This document shows, in pieces, positions 52,560 through 64,000 of a stretch of 64,000 nt of DNA (the stretch's first letter is position 1; every line of letters starts with the position of its first letter). The notes beneath the pieces are model-generated. The model was given only the letters and a program-made list of their open reading frames with translations. It did no database searches and had not been told where the DNA came from. This DNA is from the human T2T-CHM13v2.0 reference genome, Homo sapiens: NCBI RefSeq assembly GCF_009914755.1, contig NC_060935.1; one strand, written 5' to 3'. Position numbers and translations under genes: made by a program.

Positions 52560-54450
52560 TCTGTACTGTGAACGTTCAGAGCATATTTGTTAATTTAGTG
52601 TTTTAGATTTTCTTTCATATTCTCTTATGATGCTTGCCTGTTAATATTGCTATTCCAGCTATTTTTGGTGTGTGAGGAGGTGTATTTATATGTTACATAT
52701 TTTTTATCCCCTTGTTTTTTATTCTGTTTTTGTGTTAGGGCTATCTCTTGTAAGCTACATTTACCTAGATTTTATTTTCATATCCATTTTGATAATCTCT
52801 ACTTTTAATGGGTGATTTTAATCCATTTATATTTATTGTGATTACGGATACATGGGGACTTATTTCTACCATTTTTTGTGCATTTTCGTTTTTATCCTTT
52901 GCCTTTTCTTTCCATGTGCCTGCCCTCAGTTAGATAATCACCTTCTTATTTTTCCTCTGTTTTTCTAATGCTGTAGATTATATTTCTGTTTTTAAATTTT
53001 AAATTAAATTTTGCCAATAAAGTTTAGTATTATTCAGTATTTTTCTCCTATTATAAGTTGATGCAAAAGTAATTGGGGTTTTTGAAAGTAAGGTGGTAAA
53101 AATAAAATTACTTTTGCACCAGCTGAATATATCAAAGTTGTTAGCATGCCTTACCATCTAAACATTTCCTTACCTATCTTATTATTTTTTAGAGTTTGAG
53201 TTTTACACTTTTTAAACCCTCAAACATTACTTTAAAAATACTAGTAGTTAACATTTTAGTAATTTTCACAATAACTTGTTTCTTATAGCCCATGGGTTCC
53301 ATCTGCTTCCACTTTTCTTCTTGATGAACTGCATCTTGTAAGAGCTTTTTAAAGAGATCTTTAATAGGTGGTAAAATTTCCTAGCCTTTATATATCTAAA
53401 GAATACTTCTCTTTCATTCTCAAATGATGGTTTGGCAGCATACAAAATTCTAGACAGTTATTTTTCCTCAGTTTTTTGAAGATATTACTTCATTGTTTTC
53501 TGACCTCTGTTGCAGCTGCTGAGAAGTGTACTCTCAGTCTTTCCATTGAGGTAATCTGTTTTTTTTCCCCTTTGATAGATTTTTAAAAGATTATGTTTTT
53601 ATCGTTGATAGAATGCGGTTTCTTTACATTGTATCTAATATGGATTCATGTTTATATAGTCTAATACTCTTTTTTCTGTTTAATTTTTTATCAAGGTATA
53701 ACTTGCATAAACTTTAGGCTCAGTTAAATTTTGTATACATGTATACCCATGTTACCACCACCTAGATCAAGATTTAGAACATTCTTAGCAAGCTACACAG
53801 ATCCGTATGCCCCCTGCTAGTCAGTACACCTATCCTAAATTCATTCAAAACTCTTTGATGATGAGAGTATACATCTCCAGTTCTGGGAAATTCTCAGCCA
53901 CTAATTCTTCAGGTATTGCTTCTCCACCAGTGCCTCCAGTGTCTTCCCTCAGAACTCCATTAGCAAACATTGCAGCCTCAGTCTTTGTCACTTAACTGCT
54001 CTTTTCTGTTTTTTCGTTTTGTTTTGTTTTTTGTTTTTAATGTTTGTATCTTTTTGTCTGCCTGTATGAAATTCTGCGTAGTTCATTAGTGCTACCTTTC
54101 AATTTACTAATTCATACCTTCACTATTCCCTGTCTAGAATATATTCTGTTGTTTCTTTTTATTTCAATTACTTAATTTTTCATTTTTAAGATTTCTAATT
54201 CGTTTTTTTATTTCTACCTGATACCATTTTTTTTTAATTTCTTGTTCTTGTGATGGCTCTTTTACTTTCATTTATGTTTTTGGATGTCCTCAAGTACTTA
54301 TTTTACAATCTTTGACAGATTGCACTAAATAAATTGCTTCTGAAAAGAATTTTTGTTACAATTACTGATTTTGTGGCTTGCTTTCTTAGCTTTTGATTTC
54401 TTCGTGTGTCTCAGAACTTTCTTGTGCAATTTACTTTTAAGTGGAAAGTT
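52560..54450 (-). mobile_element. Old L1M fragments
   Basis: T-rich degenerate L1 motifs (TTTAATCCATTTATATTTATTGTGATTAC; TTCTGGGAAATTCTCAGCCA); approximate. Confidence 0.55.
53053..53128. mobile_element. MADE1 (Hsmar1-derived MITE), diverged
   Basis: Inverted repeats GTTGATGCAAAAGTAATT / AATTACTTTTGCACCAGC in a ~80-bp element. Confidence 0.8.
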
Positions 54451-55416
54451 TATGTTTTAATGTCTTCCCTCCTACGCAGTCCCCCCTCGATCCTTGCCAC
54501 CATCCAAGGAATTTTGCAATTGATATTGGGGATATTGGCAGATACAGCCCCGGAGCCAGAGGGTGGCTTGACTTTGTTCCTGGTACTGAGGCAGTATTCT
54601 GGTCCCCACCTTCCTAGACCCATGGTTGCTGATTAAAATCATAGTCTCAGTCAACAGGTTTTGATTGTGCATTTTATCAGCCTCACATTATGAGTAGAAG
54701 AACCCTGACTTAGCCCTAGCTTCAAATAGTGAATCTGATTTGAGTCCCCTATATCCAACAGACTACTTTTAGTTCCCTTTAATCCCCAAAGGAAACTGTT
54801 GTACCTCTTTTCCCCTGTTTGCTCCAAACCTGCTCCTAAATCCAGAAGCTAGTAAGCCTGGAACTTCAGGTCTTCCTCCATATTTTTGAGTTTCCAGATA
54901 TTTTCTGTTGCAGAGAAGTGATCTGTATTTGACTTCAGTTGTGTCTTTGATTTTCTCTTTTTATGCTTTATATGCTTTATTCATTTATACTGTGTGCTGC
55001 CAACAGGTTTTTTGAACTTGCCCTAAGATGTGAACCCAGAAGTACTGTTAATTGTAAAACTTTTCTTCAGGGAATATAGTCAAAATGTTTGAAAAAGTAA
55101 GGGGGATATGGAGTCTGGAATTGATTTGTTCAGAGGTGGATACACATTTGTTGCTGATGTCTTTAAGGTTGATTTCATTTTTACATGCTCAGTAATCTTT
55201 GTAATAGCTTTTTTATTATCACAAGTATAATTTATGTCCATTATAGAGCTTTTGGAAATTACAGCAAAGCATACACATACACACACACACACAAACACCC
55301 ACACATAATGAGAATTACTTGTATTTCCACAACCCAGAAATAGCTACGGAATATTTTGGTATTTATTTATGTTTTATTCATACGTACATATATACATAGT
55401 AATATTTATATTTTAA

Positions 55417-55677
<261 letters not shown>

Positions 55678-57163
55678 TAGTTCAAGTGTTTAAAATGTTT
55701 TAGAGTTAAGGTCTAATAGCCTATTTTTCTGTATTTTCTAAATTTTCTGTAATGTGCGTTATTTTTATAATGGAATATTAGAGCTTATGTGAAAAGTAAG
55801 TGAAATAAAATGCGTAGAGCTACATATGGTAGAAACATGACTATTTAGCATTGTGTGGTATATTCCCTGATTGAGCCAACCAGCGTGTTTGTTTCTTAAC
55901 TTCCAGAACCTTTACTAGGTAGTATGGTGGAGCATCTAAGACTGTGGACTCTGGAATCACCCCGCTGACTGATTCATGTTATATCTAAAAAGTTCTGCCA
56001 GTTATTAGTTACGTAATGATTAGCAAATTCTTCAACCCCTGTGCCTTTTTCTTCATGTTAAAGTAGAGATGATAATAATACCTACTTCATAGGACAGTAG
56101 GGAAGATTGAGAGAGTGCATATATGCTCATCTCAAGACCTGTTACCCAATTGCTCAATAAATGTTACTTTTCCCATTATTAGAACTGTTTCCTCAGCTCT
56201 TGGTGACCATTAGTCCCCAAGTCAGTCTGTATGTTTGCCTAATAATTTGTATTGGTTGGTTGCAACTGGATAATAAGTATCCATTTGTGCCTCTGGAGTT
56301 CAATTTGTACAGATGAGCTGCATGTCTATTAGCAGTCCCTTGTGGATGTGTTTTTATTTCTGAGCCACCAGCTTACCTCTGCTTTGAGCATAGATGTAAC
56401 ACCTTCCTTTGTATATTCTATTCAAAGACTACACTTCAGAATGCTATACTCTAACTAGGTGCAAATCTAGAGACAATTTTTTATTTGTTTTTCTTTCTAG
56501 AAAATCCTCTTTTCCTTTTTTTTTTTTTTAGCCACTTATGTTGTATTTTTAACTTCGAATATGTCAAACTCCTTTACTTGTCATCTCTCATATTAGATAC
56601 TAGATATAACATTCCAGGTTGAAACATGTTGATAATACAGTTAACTTCCTTGTAGGAATATGAATCAAAGCCTAAAATTTCTGTACATTTGTAACTAGGA
56701 AAATATAAATATTCATACCAAAAATAGTTTTCTTGACTAATTTATGCAGCATATTGAAACAGATTGCTTGAATTACCATGTAATAAACCCAGCTACATTT
56801 TATTATGTGTGCTTTTGGCAAACTGTGTTCTTGGCCCCAATTCTGGATTGTTTGGCTGTGGAAATCTTCCAGAATTGATAGCATTTTTCCACTTAGCTGC
56901 TTAGTAATACATTTCAAATTGCTAACCATGTCAGTGGGTCAGCAGTGCCAATTCATCTGGCCCCTATGCTCTGAAAAAGGTTGGGAGTGGGAGTGCATAT
57001 AGTTGATAGTGGCTTTGGTGGCACAGCTATTTTCTTGCCAAAGAAAAGACTGTATATTTTAGGCCTTTGTGGCTTTATTATTATTCCACATGCTTTTTGG
57101 ATAATATTTGGGAGTCTCTTCACAACAAGATGTTGCAATTTTATCAGGGACAAACTAGTAAAT

Positions 57164-57509
57164 CTTTTTTTCTTCTGTTTTTTGTTTTTGTTTTTCTTTT
57201 TGTTTGAGACGGAGTTTTGCTCTTGTTGCCCAGGCTGGACACGATCTTGGCTCATCACAACCTCCGCCTCCTGGGTTGAAATGATTTTCCTGCCTCCGCC
57301 TCCTGGGTTGAAATGATTTTCCTGCCTCAGCCTCCCAAGTAGCTGAGATTACAGGCATGTGCCACCACACTCAGCTAATTTTGTATTTTTAGTAGAGACG
57401 GGTTTCTCCAATTTGGTCAGGCTGGTTTTGAACTCCTGACTCAAGTAATCTGCCCACCTTGGCCTCCCAAAGTGCTAGGATTACAGGCGTGAACCACCAT
57501 GCCCTGTCA
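57164..57509 (-). mobile_element. AluS (Sq/Sp-like) with 32-bp internal tandem duplication
   Basis: TSD AAACTAGTAAAT at ~57152 and ~57510; duplicated unit 57261-57292 / 57293-57324. Confidence 0.92.
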
Positions 57510-58943
57510 AAACTAGTAAATTTTGATACAAAAATACTTCAGTTATTATACATTTAAAGATCAGTTCATCAGCTTATTCTTAAAGTTAGTATTTAGCAAA
57601 TTGAACAGCAGCTGTTTTAAATGATAAATTAATAAAGTAGAATCTTAGGATGACATATTTGGAGGGTTTATTAGAGGTTCTCTAATTTGGCTTCCAGTGT
57701 ATTTGGGGTTGCTATATAATTTGGCACACCAATTAGGATATTTGTGAGGATGAAAAGGGTATAAGATGTCAAAATTATTTACATTTATGTAACGTTTGCA
57801 ATGTATTTATTGACTAGCAATATATTTATTGATAGATTTTTATTGATAGACCATTATTCAAAACAATTTTCAAAAGTAGAATTTTTTCTAAAAAATAGCA
57901 TCCATGGATATTAAAACAAATTTTTTTTAAAAAAATGGTTTTTTAATTGATCATCTGAATACTAAAAATAGCAGAATAATTATTCTCGGTACTATTCACC
58001 TTCTTCAGTTGGTTTCTTCACTTTATCTCACTCAAATACTGTCATTGGTATTTTTCTAAAGAATACATTTTTAAATATTACTGTATTCGTTAGATACCCC
58101 TTCCCCACCCTTATTTTTTCATTAAGTTGCCCACAATCCCATTCAAAGTTGCCTTTTAATGGTTTGAAAGTTTATGGTTGAAATTTGAAGTTGTAGAGGC
58201 TTCAAATGATTCTTCTGTCTAGACCGTGATATTTTTAATTGAGAAAATAGCCTCTCAGAGCTCAGAGCAGTTCTATTAAATGGAAGATATTCTCAACTCT
58301 AATTTTTTCTTTTTTTAATGTTTGTTTATTTATTTATTTATTTTATTATTATTATTATTATTATACTTTAAGTTTTATGGTACATGTGCACAATGTGCAG
58401 GTTAGTTACATATGTATACATGTGCCATGCTGGTGTGCTGCACCCATTAACTCGTCATTTAGCATTAGGTATATCTCCTAATGCTATCCCTCCCCCTTCC
58501 CCCCACCCCACAACAGTCCCCAGAGTGTGATGTTCCCTTTCCTGTGTCCATGTGTTCTCATTGTTCAATTCCCATCTATGAGTGAGAACATTCGGTGTTT
58601 GGTTTTTTGTCCTTGTGATAGTTTACTGAGAATGATGATTTCCAGTTTCATCCATGTCCCTACAAAGGACATGAACTCATCATTTTTTATGGCTGCATAG
58701 TATTCCATGGTGTATATGTGCCACATTTTCTTAATCCAGTCTATCATTGTTGGACATTTGGGTTGGTTCCAAGTCTTTGCTATTGTGAATAGTGCCGCAG
58801 TAAACATACATGTGCATGTGTCTTTATAGCAGCATGATTTATAGTCCTTTGGGTATATACCCAGTAATGGGATGGCTGGGTCAAATGGTATTTCTAGTTC
58901 CAGATCCCTGAGGAATCGCCACACTGACTTCCACAATGGTTGA

Positions 58944-59933
<990 letters not shown>

Positions 59934-59979
59934 CTATTGCTTGTTTTTCTCAGGTTTGTCAAAGATCAGATAGTTGTAG

Positions 59980-61461
<1,482 letters not shown>

Positions 61462-64000
61462 TAATTTTTTCATATTGAAATAGTTATGACACATTGTGAG
61501 GAAAGATAGTTTATATTCCCCATGAATCAAAAGCTAAATTGTTACATCCACTTTATACCTTTTAAACTTGTTTTTTTAAAATACAGACACCATCTTGAGG
61601 TGCTGCATGATAATTTTGATCAGTTGGATATAATTTACAGATTTGATAAATTATTGATTTGGTAGCGATTATATTGGATACCATCTCTGATGTTAGACTA
61701 CATTTAAATCCTGCCTCTGCTACATACTTGTCTTGTGATCTTGAGCAAGTTACATAACCTCTTCGTGCCTTAATTTTCTCATCTATAAATGGGAATAATG
61801 ATAGTATTTACCTCAGAAGGTTGTTAGGATTAAATGAGTTAATGCTGTGCTGGAACAGTGCTTGGCACTTGAAAGCCAGACAACTGTTATTCAAGGGCTT
61901 AATGAATGTTTCTTCTTCCCCTCTGTATTTTAGCTTATCATTGGTTTGTTCTCATTTTCAGTATTTCTTATGTACTTCCTTATAAACCAAAGTTCATTGT
62001 TCATATAAGATAAACAGTATACATTGAAGAATCAAAACAGTTCAAAATTGTATAATGATTCACACCATGATGGAAAATCATAGTGATGAACCAGATAAGT
62101 CAGTCACGTGACTCAGGTCATCTCCACTCACTGCTGCACATGCTCTGTCAGTAGTCACTAGGTAGCTTTCAAACTGCTCTATTTTAAAGAATAAAAGTAC
62201 TTAAATAATTACTTAATATATTGATTTTAATATCAGAATTAAAACAGACAATATTTACTTGTGCCTTTAATGGAATGAGCCCTCTCAATTTCTCTGTTGG
62301 ACATACTGCTGTAAATGTTTTGCATCTCATATCCCTGTGTACACAGATGAGATTAGGTGAGCTGTTTGTAGCACATTTGCAGGTGATTGATTGGTTAAGA
62401 TGTGAGAATGTCTCTGGTACAGAAGCCTCACACTAGTGACCTGGGCTTGAGGGATAGAATTCAGCCTCTGTCTGAGAATTATGAAGAAATAGTTTGTCAC
62501 AGACCTTACTACCCATTATCGTATATGTTGATGTTTGCCCTTTAGTGCTGCCAGCCACATGCTAAGCCTTTAAGCATGAATTTCTAACCCATACCAAGGG
62601 GTCAGTCCCCTGTAGTCTAATCTTGATCCATGTTGAATGTATTGTTTTAAAAAATCCATAATTTGAAGGAAAACACCACAGCAATAACAACAGCAATAAT
62701 AATGCCTTTAACAATGAAAATGAAAACAAGTTACTAGCTATAGACACTATTCTAAGGGCCTTACATATAACTCATTTATTCCTCATAACAACAATGTGAA
62801 GTAGCTACTGTTATTTGCATCTTACAGCTCAGAAAACAAGCATGGTGAGATAAGGAAACTTCACTAAGGTCACATAACTAGTAAGTGGTGGAGCCAGCGT
62901 TGAAACTCAGGAAGTCTGTACACAACTGGGAGGGAAGGCTAATATTTGAAATGATAGACTCAACATTCAATATTTCAGTATCGATGAGCTCTAAGTTGAT
63001 AGAGCTATGTGTAAAAACCCTGCATTTAATATTAAGAAATCATTGGCAGAAGAGTAAGAGAGGGCTTTGGTCAAGTAAGCTGAGTGCATAAGAAAACTCT
63101 GGCATTTGAGGTGTCCTTAGCTCCAGATGCTTTGGTAGGGCAGAGTGTATCCATGGAGGTACCATGAGCTACCATGGAGGTAGCTCAGAGAGGAAAGGGA
63201 ACAGTAACAGAGGCCTGCTTGGTTTTTAAACAGTTTTGCAAAGAGTATTATTTACGTATTTATACTAAGTCTACACCAGTTTTGAGTATTTGCCTGCTAC
63301 AGTGTAAGCAAATGCTTACAGGAAATTAGCACACCTCTGAAAGATCTCTGCACCAAAGGAATAGAAAAGGTTGAAGAAATTATCTTAAATTCATATAGAG
63401 ATTTTAATGACTTTAAATGGAATTATAATCAACTGTATTTTATCTTCTGTTATATATTCAAGTTGTATGGTTGTATATCACTTGTCCTTGTCCATTGTAT
63501 TTGGGTTTCATGCTTCATGGTGTCACTTTTTTAAATAGAAAAAAATGTGAATAGTTAAAAATAAATTTTATTTGATATTTAGATAATGGTAAAAATTGAA
63601 ATGATGATAAATGCTGTTTATTGCCTACTTGTGAAGGTGTCAATGTTACGTTGGTAGAGTATATATGGAATCATTTATATGATTTACAGTAAATGAAACA
63701 GAAGGTGAGGTACCACTTTCAGATGTAGTACAGTTGTCTGACTCAGATTTTAGAAATCTATTGATATTTTTAAAGCAAAACTTTTTTTAATGCTTTACAT
63801 TTGAATGATGTTCTTTGTACTTGGATATTGATCCTATTTCTGATTCAGTTTTGAAAGGAATTAACATCAAGTGGACTTCATGTCACTTAACAGTGCTTTT
63901 TTGTATACATTTTTAAAGAAAATTAGTCATTTTACTTTGATTTTTGAGTTAGCAATTCACAAGCAGGTAATTAAACACTTTTAGAAGAAAAATATTGGTC

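Overview
Primate, most likely human, genomic DNA spanning the head-to-head APIP/PDHX locus (11p13 in human, recognised from the translated exons). The minus strand carries APIP exons 1-2 around a ~21 kb intron. The plus strand carries PDHX (E3BP) exons 1-3, plus a probable alternative first exon; both genes share a CpG-island bidirectional promoter. APIP intron 1 holds a ~9.6 kb decayed class I (gamma-like) ERV with a tRNA-Gly-like primer site and only a 19-nt stub of its 3' LTR, followed by solo MLT2A and LTR12 LTRs. PDHX intron 2 holds MIR1343, and intron 3 a 5'-inverted L1PA with a nested AluY. Two observations stand out. First, the miR-1343 hairpin lies inside a decayed processed copy of the 5' end of BCKDK mRNA. 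Second, an intact 59-aa two-transmembrane ORF sits between the proviral pol and env, ending 2 nt before the env ATG, an arrangement reminiscent of vpu-env. Gene, miRNA and repeat names come from recalled sequences, not database searches; repeat subfamilies and old-repeat boundaries are approximate.
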